A stretch of 61,705 bases of DNA from Candidatus Limnocylindria bacterium (GTDB lineage: Bacteria > Chloroflexota > Limnocylindria > P2-11E), in NCBI GenBank assembly GCA_038227105.1, contig JBBRQB010000005.1, positions 1 through 61,705 on the forward strand. The letters are read 5' to 3'. The translations under genes were made by a program, and so were the position numbers. Position 1 is the stretch's first letter. Each line of letters starts with the position of its first letter. The notes under the pieces are model-generated. The model was given only the letters and a program-made list of their open reading frames with translations. It ran no database searches and was not told the DNA's origin. This document shows, piece by piece, positions 47,791-57,565 of this stretch.

Positions 47791-48558
47791 TTATCGACCC
47801 TTGAACACGGGCGGCCGGCCCTCGCGGAAGGCCAGCCGGCCTTCGGCGCGATCGTCGGTCTTCGCCAATGCCGACCAGAGCGATCGCTCGAGCTCGAGGC
47901 CGGTGGAAAGCGGCTGATCCTCGGCCGCCCGGGCAGCGCGTTTGGCGGCCTGCAGCGATAGCGGCGCATTCGAAGCGATGCGCGTCGCGAGCGCCTCCGC
48001 GAGCGGGTTAAGCGCATCCGGCGGGACCACATCCGAGACGATCCCCCACTCGAGCGCGGTGGCGGCGTCGATGGGCTGCCCGGTCAGCAGCATCCGGAGC
48101 GCGCGTGCCGGAGTGGTCGCACGAGCGAGGCGCTGTGTCCCGCCACTTCCGGGGAGGCTGCCGATCGAGACCTCCGGAAGTGAGAACGTCGCCGTGGAGG
48201 ACGCGATGCGCAGGTCCGCGGCGAGCGCGAGCTCGAAGCCGCCGCCGGCCGCGGGTCCGTTGATCACGGCGAGAACCGGCTTCATCGCGCGATCGAGCGG
48301 TGCAGTGAGCCGGTCGGGCACGCCGCCATCGGTCGCCGCGGGCTCCTTGAGGTCGACGCCGGCGCTGAAGGCCGTGCCGGCACCGGTGAGCACGATGACG
48401 CGGACGAGATCGTCGCGCTCGGCGGAAGCGACCGCGTCAGCGAGGAGCACACGCGTCGCGCGATCGATCGCGTTCCGTTTCTCGGGACGCTGCAGCGTGA
48501 TCCACGCGACACCGGCGTGGACCCTGTACCCGATGGCCTTCGTCTCCGTGCCGTCCAT
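47791..48558 (-). CDS. Enoyl-CoA hydratase/isomerase
   Basis: FSAGVDL, GGGFELA, LPE..GSLPGSGGTQRL. Confidence 0.9.
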   Translation of the reverse strand: MDGTETKAIGYRVHAGVAWITLQRPEKRNAIDRATRVLLADAVASAERDDLVRVIVLTGAGTAFSAGVDLKEPAATDGGVPDRLTAPLDRAMKPVLAVINGPAAGGGFELALAADLRIASSTATFSLPEVSIGSLPGSGGTQRLARATTPARALRMLLTGQPIDAATALEWGIVSDVVPPDALNPLAEALATRIASNAPLSLQAAKRAARAAEDQPLSTGLELERSLWSALAKTDDRAEGRLAFREGRPPVFKGR

Positions 48559-49778
48559 CAATAGAAGACTTGCTCTGCGACCAGCCGGTCGTACTCGGCG
48601 CGTTGCATCCCGAGCAGCTCCGCGGCGAGCTCCCAGGTGTGCTCCCCGAGGAGTGGGGCCGCGCGAAGCTCAGGCTGCGGCCGGCCGACGACGCGGAACG
48701 GGAGGCCGTTCATGAGGATCGGGCCCATCGCCGCGTGCTCCGACCGGTGCCAGTAGCCTCGCGCCGACAAATGCGCGTCGTTCACGAGATCCTCGGTGGT
48801 GCTGACGGCGGCAGCGGGCACACGCCACTTTTGTAGCTCGCGCATGAGCTCGTTACGGTCCCGTTGCCGCGTCTCGCCGGCAACGACGGCTTCGAGCCGG
48901 TCCTCGTGTGCCTTGCGCCCGCCGAATGTCGCGAACACAGGATCCGCGCTCCACACCGGTACGCCGAACACGTCTACGAGCGACCGCCACTCCTCGTCTG
49001 AACGCACCGAGATCGCGCACCACTGGTCGGAACCCTTGCACGGAAACACGCCATGCGGCGCTGCATCGGCGACACGGTTACCGCGGCGCACGAACGGCGG
49101 CCCGCCAATCGCCGCCTCGATGAGCTCCGGGCCGAGCACGTTCACGGTCGACTCGAGCTGGGCCACCTCGATCGATTGTCCCTTGCCGCTGCGCGCGCGC
49201 TCGTACAGCGCCGCGAGCACGGCGACCACGCCGTGACCCGGGTTGGGGACGTGATCGGGGTAGTGCGTGCCGGTACCGACCGGCGCGCGATCAGGCAGGC
49301 CCGATCGTTCGACGAGACCGCTCAGCGCAGCGATCGTCGATCCGAAGCCGACGTACTCCTTGTGCGGGCCGGTGAGACCCTGCATCGGCATCGTCAGGTA
49401 CACGACGGACGGGTTCTCGCGGCGGATGTCGTCGTATGACAGTCCCCACCGCTCCATGATCCCGGGACGGAAGTTGCTCGTGACTACCGAGCACTGCGCC
49501 GCGAGACGCTGCGCGATGAGGCGCGCAGTCGGATGCGACATGTTGAGCGCGAAGCTCTTCTTGTTCGAGTTGCGTGAGGCGAAGTACCCCGACGCCTCGA
49601 GCGGGTCGACGTTGGGCTTGAACGGTGGCGCGACACGCAGGTTGTCAGGACGGGCGCGTGATTCGATCTTGATGACGAGAGCACCATGATCGGCCAGCAT
49701 CTTCGTCACGAACGCGCCGGCTCCGATCCAGCAATAGTCGAGAACGCGGAGCCCCGCGAGCGGCACAGTCGACGTCAT
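48558..49778 (-). CDS. Family III (CaiB/BaiF) CoA-transferase, Asp-bearing subunit
   Basis: PLAGLRVLD, NSNKKS, NFRPG, YPDH, APLLGEHT. Confidence 0.92.
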   Translation of the reverse strand: MTSTVPLAGLRVLDYCWIGAGAFVTKMLADHGALVIKIESRARPDNLRVAPPFKPNVDPLEASGYFASRNSNKKSFALNMSHPTARLIAQRLAAQCSVVTSNFRPGIMERWGLSYDDIRRENPSVVYLTMPMQGLTGPHKEYVGFGSTIAALSGLVERSGLPDRAPVGTGTHYPDHVPNPGHGVVAVLAALYERARSGKGQSIEVAQLESTVNVLGPELIEAAIGGPPFVRRGNRVADAAPHGVFPCKGSDQWCAISVRSDEEWRSLVDVFGVPVWSADPVFATFGGRKAHEDRLEAVVAGETRQRDRNELMRELQKWRVPAAAVSTTEDLVNDAHLSARGYWHRSEHAAMGPILMNGLPFRVVGRPQPELRAAPLLGEHTWELAAELLGMQRAEYDRLVAEQVFY

Positions 49779-50998
49779 AGCGGCCGCACGGGCAATGGCT
49801 CCGGCGGCGCGTCCGGCAACACGTCGGCGGTGTGCTGGCCGGGCCGTGGCGCCGGTGAGCGCAACGACCAGGGCGTGCGCGAGAACCGGTAGGGCGCTCC
49901 GGGGTAGACGACCTCGCGAGCGAGCTCGTCATGGCGGAGCGGGACGAAGAAGTCGCGGGCCACGAGCTGCGGGTCCACGAGCACCTCGTCCATCCGGTTC
50001 ACCGGCGACAGCGCGATGCCCCGCACCTGCGCATCGCGGTAGAGCTCGGCCTTCGTGCGCGCTCCGGCGAATCGAGCGAAGACGGCGCCGAAGGTCTCGA
50101 TCGACGCAGGCTTCTGACGGTGCAGGAAGCTGTTCCACTCGTCGCGCACGAGCTCCTCGGCACCGGGAATGTCCTCGTCGTTGAGCCATTGCACGAGTGC
50201 GCTCCAGGCCTTCGCCGTCCCGACGCGGCCCGCGATCATGCTTACGTAGCCATCGGCGCAGCGGTAGACGCCGCTGCCAGCCTCACGCGGACGATCTCCG
50301 ACCCGCCGCCGCACCGTGCCGCGGAGGTCGAGCTCCGGGATCGCGTCCTCGAGCGCCGCCGCGATGCACTCCTGCGCCGAGACGTCGATCCAGCAGCCCC
50401 GGCCGGTGGCTTGACGCTCGAGGAGCGCGATCAGCAACGCGGTCGCCGCCGCGAGCGACGCGGCATACGTCGACTGCATGCCGTCGACCGCGACGGGCGC
50501 CGTGTCCGGATATCCGCCGAGAGACAGGAGGCCGCCGGCGGCGAGCGTGATGAGGTCGTCCGCGAGGTACCCCGCCTTCGGGCCGTCCTGGCCGAACGGT
50601 GTCACCGACACCAGGATGAGCTCCGGCCGCAGCTCGGCGAGGTGGTCGTAGCCGAGACCGCGCGCGGCCATGGAGCCGGGCGCACCTGTCTCGACGATCA
50701 CGTCAATGTCGCGGATGAGCGTCTCGAACGCGGCGCGTCCGCGTGCGGTGTCGAGGTCGAGCGCGACGGCGCGCTTGTTCGTGTTGTCGAACCAGTAGCG
50801 CGCGCTCGCGCGCGCCGCGGCGCCGATCCGCGGCTCCGTTTCCGCGAGCGGGTCGCGTTCCGGCGCGACCCGGATCACGTCCGCGCCGAGGTCGGCCAGC
50901 AGCTTCGTGGTGTAGGCGGCAGAGACGTCTGCGAGGTCAAGCGCGCGGACGCCAGCAAGCGGACCTGCCGGCTGCCTCTCGCCGGTCGTCTCAGTCAT
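49775..50998 (-). CDS. Family III CoA-transferase, second subunit
   Basis: PLAGVRALD, NTNKR, TPFGQDGP, APRPGQHT. Confidence 0.92.
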   Translation of the reverse strand: MTETTGERQPAGPLAGVRALDLADVSAAYTTKLLADLGADVIRVAPERDPLAETEPRIGAAARASARYWFDNTNKRAVALDLDTARGRAAFETLIRDIDVIVETGAPGSMAARGLGYDHLAELRPELILVSVTPFGQDGPKAGYLADDLITLAAGGLLSLGGYPDTAPVAVDGMQSTYAASLAAATALLIALLERQATGRGCWIDVSAQECIAAALEDAIPELDLRGTVRRRVGDRPREAGSGVYRCADGYVSMIAGRVGTAKAWSALVQWLNDEDIPGAEELVRDEWNSFLHRQKPASIETFGAVFARFAGARTKAELYRDAQVRGIALSPVNRMDEVLVDPQLVARDFFVPLRHDELAREVVYPGAPYRFSRTPWSLRSPAPRPGQHTADVLPDAPPEPLPVRPL

Positions 50999-51920
50999 CG
51001 CCCTTGAGGACGAACTGATCCCATTCGTTCATGAGCCTCGTCACCTTGCCGTAGCGCTCGATCGCGTCCGCCTTGCGCGCCACCGTCACCCCGTTGAGCA
51101 GTGCGTTGGCGACGGCCATCGCACCGACGAGCGAGTTCTGCGTGCTGACACCGGACACGACGGTCGGGAGCACGATCTCGACAAGCTGACCTACGGGCGA
51201 GATCGGCGTGTCGGTCACCGCGACGATGTTCGCACCCGCCTTCTTCGCGAAGCGTGTGACGCGCAACGTGCTCGACGCGTACGGAGGGAACGTGAACACG
51301 AGAAGCACGTCATCCGGCCGCATCGCCTGCAACTGGCCGGCAGCCTCATGGCCGCCGCCGTCGAGGCCGATCGTCTCGCCACGGATGCGGTCCAGCGCCA
51401 GTGCCGCATAGAAGGCGACCGCAAAGGACGGGCCGGCTCCCGCGACGAACACGCGGCGAGCTTTGCTGATGAGGTCCACGGCCCGCGTCAGGTCGCGAGC
51501 GTCCTGGCCACTGATCGTGCGGCGCAGATTGTCGAGATCATGGTCGAAGGACCGGCCGTGGATTGTGCCGGCGAGGTGGCTCGTCACCGTCGTCTCGCGG
51601 CCGTCCGCGACCGTGGCGGAGCGCATCTGCGTCCGAACGAGCGCGCGCACCCGCTCCTGCAGATCCTGATAGCCGTCCAGGCCGAGGCGGTAGGTGAACC
51701 GCACCACGGTCGACGGGCTCACCCCGAGCTTGCTCGCGAGCTTGTCGACGGTGGCGAACGCGACGAACTCCGGATCCTCGACGACCGCTTCGGCGATGCG
51801 CTTCTGCGACGACGTCAGCTCGTCATAGCGGCGGCGAAGGTCATCGACGACGTTCTGCGGCGTCTCGAGCGCGCGTGGCGCCGGCGCCTCACGTACCGGC
51901 GTCTTGGCGCGGGTGGCCAT
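50991..51920 (-). CDS. MurR/RpiR family regulator
   Basis: LTSSQKRIA, VSPSTVVRF..LGLDGY, SIS domain FPPY, AVTD..SP. Confidence 0.92.
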   Translation of the reverse strand: MATRAKTPVREAPAPRALETPQNVVDDLRRRYDELTSSQKRIAEAVVEDPEFVAFATVDKLASKLGVSPSTVVRFTYRLGLDGYQDLQERVRALVRTQMRSATVADGRETTVTSHLAGTIHGRSFDHDLDNLRRTISGQDARDLTRAVDLISKARRVFVAGAGPSFAVAFYAALALDRIRGETIGLDGGGHEAAGQLQAMRPDDVLLVFTFPPYASSTLRVTRFAKKAGANIVAVTDTPISPVGQLVEIVLPTVVSGVSTQNSLVGAMAVANALLNGVTVARKADAIERYGKVTRLMNEWDQFVLKGDD

Positions 51921-53689
51921 CAGGACTTCGCCTTGAGGCGCAGCAGGCTCTGGTTCGGGTAGCTCTCACCCCACTTGTCGGGGTACGCCCGATCGAGGCC
52001 CTTGGTGAAGTAGGTCGGGATCGACGGATCGATCGGCACGTCGAGGATGTATGGCCGTTTGCTCTTGAATGCGCGGACGAGCGCGCCCCTGAAATCCTCG
52101 GCCTTCTCGACCCGCTCGCCGAGGGCGCCATACGAGCGAGCGAGCGCCGCGAAGTCCGGGTTATACGGCTCGCCATTCGGCAGCGAGAACTTCGTCCACG
52201 GGTGGACGCGCTTGTACGCGGCGAACGCTCCCTTTCGCTCGATGCCGAACTCGTTGTTGTTGAGGATCACCCACACCGCGGGCAACCCGTACTCGACCGC
52301 GGTCGCGACGATGCTCGAGGTCATGTTGAATGCGCCATCGCCCGTGAGCACGAGCGCCGGACGCGAGGGATCGGCGACGATGCCACCGAGCACGCCGGAC
52401 GAGGCCCAGCTCATTTCGGCCATGCCCGGGTTGATCTGCCACGCGAGCGGCTCGTGGATCGTCATGTACGGCTCGGCATATTGGATGACGTCGCCCACGT
52501 CGATGTAGACGCGCCCATTACGGGGTAGTGCCTCCCCCGCTTCGTATGAGAGACGACCCGGATGGATCGGTGAGCCGGGCGCGGTGATGACCGGCTGGAT
52601 CTCCTCGCGCCAGCGCTTCTTGGACTCGGTGATCTTCTGCACCCAGCCGGCCGTCGCAGGCTTCTTCTTCGTGGCCTCGGCGAGATCGTCGAGGAACGAC
52701 TTCGCGTCGCTGAGCAGCCCGACCTCGACCGGGTAGTTGCGAGCGACCTCCGCCGGATCGAGGTCGACCTGGACGATCTTCGTCTTGGTGACGTCATAGA
52801 TCGAGCCCTTGCGCCAGTTACCGGCGTGATTGTCGGAGAAGCGCGCACCGACCGCGATCACGAGATCGGCCTCGCGCGTGGCCTCCGCGGCGCACATCGT
52901 GCCCGACCGGCCTACCGGTCCGAGGCACAGCGGATCGTCCTCATCGAGGACACCCTTGCCGGTGAGCGTCGTGACGACCGGAACGTGAAGGTCCTTCGCG
53001 ATCGCCGCGAGCGACTCGGCGGCGCCCTGCGACCGCGCGGTGCCGCCGCCGGCGAGGATCAGCGGGCGCTCGGCGCGCTCGAGCAGCAGCGCGGTCTGCT
53101 TCACCGCGGCGCCGTCGCCGCGGAGACGCGTGCTCACGCTGCGACGAGCCGAAGGCTCGATGTCACCCTCGACCTCGGCGAGCTGGATGTCGTACGGGAT
53201 CTGCACGAACACCGGGCCGGGACGGCCGCTCGTAGCGACGCGAAGGGCCTGATTGAGGACGTCGATGATCGCGTCGGGCCGCACGACCATCCAGGCGCCC
53301 TTGCAGACCGGGCGGAAGACGCTGAGTGCATCCTCGTGGCCGTGGAAGAAGATCTCCTGCATCGTGGCCTTGCCGAAGAAGTGCGTCGAGCCGGCGCCAC
53401 CGATGAGCATGACCGCCGACGAATCGTGCATCGCGCTCGCCATGCCACCCACGCAGTTGAGGAGGCCCGGCCCCTTCGTGACGAAGACCGGCGCGATCTT
53501 CCCGGTCACGCGGTAATAGACGTCAGCACTGTGGACGGCCTGCGACTCGTGCTTGGTCTGGTAGCCGTGCAATCCCGGTTTGTCGACGAGGGCGTCGAGC
53601 AGTCCCCAGATCGCGCCACCCGCGATCCCGAAGTAATCTTGGACACCGTTCGCCTCGAGCCACGTCGCGAGCGCATCAACGACCCGCAT
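51920..53689 (-). CDS. ThDP-dependent enzyme (acetolactate synthase-like family)
   Basis: KHESQA, GPGLLN, SGRPGPV, GDGAF...NN ThDP motif; ATG 53689. Confidence 0.92.
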   Translation of the reverse strand: MRVVDALATWLEANGVQDYFGIAGGAIWGLLDALVDKPGLHGYQTKHESQAVHSADVYYRVTGKIAPVFVTKGPGLLNCVGGMASAMHDSSAVMLIGGAGSTHFFGKATMQEIFFHGHEDALSVFRPVCKGAWMVVRPDAIIDVLNQALRVATSGRPGPVFVQIPYDIQLAEVEGDIEPSARRSVSTRLRGDGAAVKQTALLLERAERPLILAGGGTARSQGAAESLAAIAKDLHVPVVTTLTGKGVLDEDDPLCLGPVGRSGTMCAAEATREADLVIAVGARFSDNHAGNWRKGSIYDVTKTKIVQVDLDPAEVARNYPVEVGLLSDAKSFLDDLAEATKKKPATAGWVQKITESKKRWREEIQPVITAPGSPIHPGRLSYEAGEALPRNGRVYIDVGDVIQYAEPYMTIHEPLAWQINPGMAEMSWASSGVLGGIVADPSRPALVLTGDGAFNMTSSIVATAVEYGLPAVWVILNNNEFGIERKGAFAAYKRVHPWTKFSLPNGEPYNPDFAALARSYGALGERVEKAEDFRGALVRAFKSKRPYILDVPIDPSIPTYFTKGLDRAYPDKWGESYPNQSLLRLKAKS

Positions 53690-53759
53690 ATCCCCGCCTC
53701 CACGCCGCGCGCCACACGAGATCCGGCGCTGCGTCCTTGAATCGCAGGGGTGTAATGTC

Positions 53760-53788
53760 GCAACAAATAATGTTGCTGTCAACGCATC
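53760..53788 (-). promoter_or_regulatory. TTGACA -35 followed by a perfect GCAACA-N5-TGTTGC operator
   Basis: Perfect dyad at 53760-53776 directly after minus-strand TTGACA, upstream of the ThDP-rpiR operon. Confidence 0.65.
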
Positions 53789-53822
53789 ATGAAAGACGCG
53801 GGATGGCGGTCGGCGCGTCGCA

Positions 53823-54808
53823 TTGAGCGTCGACCGGACATCGCCTGCGCCGCTTCCGGCTGATCGCCCGCGCGCGGCGACGGTGCGCTCGCGACTCATG
53901 CTGGAGGTCGCCTCCACGCTCGTCGGGTCTGCCGGGTGGGATCGCAAGCAGGCCCGCATCGAGCGGCGCACGCAGGGTACCGGCGCATGGGACATCGGCC
54001 TCTGGGCCGCGATTCCGTTCTCCAGGCACCGGATGTCGCGGCGCGACGCGGGCAGTTCGGGATCGTGAATCCCGCCACGGCGATCGGCGCGGCGGTCCGC
54101 GGCATTGCCATCAGCCGCGCCCCTCGGGCTCGCGGCCATCGCGACGATCCCGTCGTACGACCAGCTCGGTCTCGCGATCGCACGGCGCCTCAACGTGGCC
54201 TCGCTCGAGGACATCGCGGCGCGGAAGCGCCGCTCCGGCTCGCGCTGCGCGATCAGCGCGATCACTCGGTGCTCGTGATGATCCAGCACGTGCTCGGCAC
54301 CGGCGGTCTCTCGTTGACCGACATCCGAACAGTGGGGCGGCACGGTCACGTACGACGAGGGCATCCCCGATCGCGGCCCGCGCAAGGCGATCCTCGCGGC
54401 GGGGGGCGCGACCGACCTGGTATTCGACGAGGGCATCTACAACTGGGTCGACGGTGGTCTCGACGCGAGGCTGCGGTTCCTCTCCCTCTCGGAGCGATCG
54501 CTCACAGCGCTCGAAGCGATCGGCTACCGCCGCGCGATCATCCGGAAGGATCGCTACCCGCGGCTCGACGCCGATGTCCTGACGCTCGACTTCAGCGGCT
54601 TCCTGATCTACTGCCGGGCCGACGAGGACGATGCCCTCGTGACCGTGTTCTGCCGGTCGCTCGAAGAGCGGAAAGGCCGCATCGCGTGGCAGGGCGGTCC
54701 GTCACTGCCGCTCGAGCGGATGTGCATCGACTCGATCGAGGCACCGGTCCAGATCCGCTCCACGGCGCCGCAGAACGCTTTTGGGCTTCGCGCGGCTACC
54801 TCAGCTAG
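53823..54808 (+). pseudogene. Multiply frameshifted TAXI-TRAP-like solute-binding protein
   Basis: One protein reconstructs across about 5 frameshifts: VRSRLMLEVA / FGIVNPA / IPSYDQLGLA..SLEDI / LRDQRDHS / WGG..FDEG..TLDFSGFLIY / PLHGAAERFW..GYLS*. Confidence 0.7.
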
Positions 54809-54924
54809 CTGCTCGACATCGGTCGCCATTTGCCGCCAGGGGGCGAAGCGCCGCTCGAGCCGGCCCATCCCGACCGTGATCACGATCCCCACGAGCATGA
54901 TGAACAGGATCGGCACGAACTCGG
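54800..54924 (-). pseudogene. C-terminal remnant of an ABC permease
   Basis: FVPILFIMLVGIVITVGMGRLERRFAPWR matches the C-termini of the intact permeases here; no N-terminal part. Confidence 0.55.
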
Positions 54925-55947
54925 CTAGACCGACTCCCAGTCCAGTGTGCTCGGCGCGAACAACGAGTCGACCGGGAAGGCAGCCGGGATCAGCCCCTGC
55001 TCGGCGGAATACCCGATCAGGTCCTGGAGCGGCCGCCGGTTCGCGCTCACGCCATATGGGAACGGATCCTCTCCGAAGTAGGTCTTCGTCTGGCGGAGGT
55101 ACTCCCAACGGAACACGAGGCTCAGCGGGATCGCGTCGATGAGCCGCTGTTCGGCCACGCGCTTCGCCTCGAGGAAGGCCTTGAACAGGTTGAGCGCGAG
55201 CCAGGGGTGATGGCGCACGAGCTCACCCTTGATGACATAGGTGTGGTTGATCGGAATGTAGCCGCGCGCGTCGAAGAACCGGCGGCCTTCCGCGACGGGA
55301 TCCGCGAACACGGGCACGAGCTTCGACCAATCCATCGTCGTCAGGCTGCGCTGGCTCCGTTCGATCACGTTGCCGGCAGCCCCGCCGCGGTTGGGCCGGC
55401 ACAGGGCCGCATCCAGCTCACCCGACACGAGCATCGACGCGAGGCTCTTGTTCGGTGCGATGAACTCGAGCGACACGCCGGGAGGCGGCGTGAAGTGGGT
55501 CGCGCCACCGTGGCTGAGACGCTCCTCCCGCTCCATGGACCACTTGATGCGGGCAGGCGGCACACCGAAATCGTGCTCGAGGATCCCGCGGATCCAGAGT
55601 GCGGCCGTCTGCTGGTACTCGGGAACGCCGACGCGCTTCCCTGCGAGGTCGGCAGGTCCGGCGATCGGCACGTCGACGCGGCGGTCAAGCTCGATCTGGA
55701 AGAACCGGCGTGATGGGAACGCGGGGATCGCGACGAGGTCCGCGCCTTGGCTCTTCGCGATGATCAGCGACGAGAGCGACATCTCACAGAGGTCGAAGTC
55801 CCCGAATCGCAGCTGGCGCCAGAAGGTCTCCGATGGATGCGACGTCAACGGAATGAGGTCGACGCCGTCGGGCTGGATGGAGCCATCGACCAGCGGCCGC
55901 GTGCGTTCGTTGACGGCGGTCGCGAATGAAATCTGGAGTCGCGACAT
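54925..55947 (-). CDS. PhtD-like protein 2
   Basis: PSETFWRQL, IPAFPSRRF, PEYQQTAA, PINH, PFPYGV.ANR. Confidence 0.85.
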   Translation of the reverse strand: MSRLQISFATAVNERTRPLVDGSIQPDGVDLIPLTSHPSETFWRQLRFGDFDLCEMSLSSLIIAKSQGADLVAIPAFPSRRFFQIELDRRVDVPIAGPADLAGKRVGVPEYQQTAALWIRGILEHDFGVPPARIKWSMEREERLSHGGATHFTPPPGVSLEFIAPNKSLASMLVSGELDAALCRPNRGGAAGNVIERSQRSLTTMDWSKLVPVFADPVAEGRRFFDARGYIPINHTYVIKGELVRHHPWLALNLFKAFLEAKRVAEQRLIDAIPLSLVFRWEYLRQTKTYFGEDPFPYGVSANRRPLQDLIGYSAEQGLIPAAFPVDSLFAPSTLDWESV

Positions 55948-55969
55948 CAGTGGGTGTCCGTCCAGCTCA

Positions 55970-55983
55970 GCAACATGAGTTGC
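55970..55983. promoter_or_regulatory. Palindrome GCAAC-N4-GTTGC
   Basis: In the divergent phtD-like/ubiD promoter; similar GCAAT-N4-GTTGC at 44328-44341. Confidence 0.45.
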
Positions 55984-56015
55984 GGCATAGCCTAGACAAT
56001 GACAGAATGCGTTTC

Positions 56016-57560
56016 ATGCAGTACGACGATCTGCGCGACTGGATCGGAGTCGTGCGCGAGCTGGGCGAGGTCCGCGACGTCCCCGGCGCCAACTGGCAGA
56101 CCGAGATCGGCCGGGTGACCGAGATGGTCCACCACGCCGAGGAAGGCCCCGCCGTCCTCTTCGACGACATCCCAGGCTACCCGAAGGGCCATCGCATCCT
56201 CGTGAACGCGATCGCGACGCAACGGCGTCTCGCGGTCACGCTGGGGCTGCCGATCGACATCGAGCGGCGTGAGCTCATGGACCAGTTCCTCGCGCTGACC
56301 GAGGCCGGCCGGGCGATCCCCCCGCGCTACATCGAGGACGGTCCGGTGTTCGAGAACGTCATGACCGGTGACGACGTGGACGTGCTGTCGTTCCCGACGC
56401 CGATGTGGCATCCCGATGACGGCGGCAGGTACATCGGGACAGGCTGCATCGATGTGATGAAGGACCCGAACAGCGACTGGGTCAACCTCGGGACGTACCG
56501 GGTGATGATCCACGATGCCAAACGCGTCGGGCTCTACATCTCTCCCGGCAAGCACGGCATCCAGTTCCGTGATCAGTACTACGCGAAAAACGAGCCGTGC
56601 CCCGTCGCGATCGTCGTGGGCGCCGATCCCCTGCTGTTCCTCGCATCGACGGTCGAAGTGCCGCACGGCGTGTCCGAGTACGACTGGGCCGGGGGCATCC
56701 GGGGCGAGCCGTACGAGGTCGTGAAGGCTCCGATCACCGGCCTGCCGATCCCGGCGAACGCCGAGATCGTGCTCGAGGGCTACATCCGCAAGGGGTACGA
56801 CGCACCCGAAGGTCCGTTCGGTGAGTGGACCGGCTATTACGCATCGGGCCAGCGCGCCGAGCCGGTGATGGACGTGAAAGCCATCTATCACCGCAACGAT
56901 CCGATCATGCTGGGCGTCCCGCCGCAGAAGCCGCCGTGGGAGCCGCACAAGTACCGCGAGTATCTTCGCTCGGCGCTCCTGTTGCGCGATATCAAGAACG
57001 CCGGGGTCCCCGGCGTGACAGACGCGATGTGCTTCAGCGTCGGGGGGACCAGGCTGATCGTCGCGGTATCCATCCAGCAGCGCTATGCTGGCCACGCCCG
57101 CCAGGTCGGTCACGTTGCGGCCTCCTGCCGTGCCGGCGCGTACCTCGGCCGGTACACGATCGTCGTCGACGACGACATCGATGTGACCGACATCAATGAC
57201 GTCCTCTGGGCGATGGCCACGCGTTCGGACCCCGAGCGCTCGCTCGACATCATCCACCGGGCATGGTCAGGGCCACTCGATCCGGCGATCCATCCCGACA
57301 AGAAGGGGCACAACTCGCGGCTCATCATCGATGCGTGTAAGCCGTGGGAATGGATGGACAAGTTCCCGAAGTCCATCGGTCCGGACATCGAGACCAAGCG
57401 TCAAACGCGCAAGGATTGGGGCTGGGTACTCGATGGCGCCGAGAAGCCCACCGCGAAGCGCGGCGGGGTGCTCACCGGCGCCGCCACGAAGTCACGTGGT
57501 ACCGAGTCCGTGCCCAAAGCACTGAACCAGCCGTTGGCTGACGACACGTCGATGGAGTGA
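56016..57560 (+). CDS. UbiD family prFMN-dependent (de)carboxylase
   Basis: DGGRYIG, NLGTYR, EIVLEG, EGPFGEWTGYY, VVDDDID; start ATG 56007 or 56016. Confidence 0.93.
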   Translation: MQYDDLRDWIGVVRELGEVRDVPGANWQTEIGRVTEMVHHAEEGPAVLFDDIPGYPKGHRILVNAIATQRRLAVTLGLPIDIERRELMDQFLALTEAGRAIPPRYIEDGPVFENVMTGDDVDVLSFPTPMWHPDDGGRYIGTGCIDVMKDPNSDWVNLGTYRVMIHDAKRVGLYISPGKHGIQFRDQYYAKNEPCPVAIVVGADPLLFLASTVEVPHGVSEYDWAGGIRGEPYEVVKAPITGLPIPANAEIVLEGYIRKGYDAPEGPFGEWTGYYASGQRAEPVMDVKAIYHRNDPIMLGVPPQKPPWEPHKYREYLRSALLLRDIKNAGVPGVTDAMCFSVGGTRLIVAVSIQQRYAGHARQVGHVAASCRAGAYLGRYTIVVDDDIDVTDINDVLWAMATRSDPERSLDIIHRAWSGPLDPAIHPDKKGHNSRLIIDACKPWEWMDKFPKSIGPDIETKRQTRKDWGWVLDGAEKPTAKRGGVLTGAATKSRGTESVPKALNQPLADDTSME

Positions 57561-57565
57561 TGTAG

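Noticed and set aside
53690-54436. N-terminal extensions in the ORF track (ThDP enzyme, M20, Fpg, SBP, LLMs, UbiX, Mo subunit)
   Set aside because: They overlap upstream genes or promoters and are low-complexity Arg/Ala/Pro; family N-termini and RBSs support later starts
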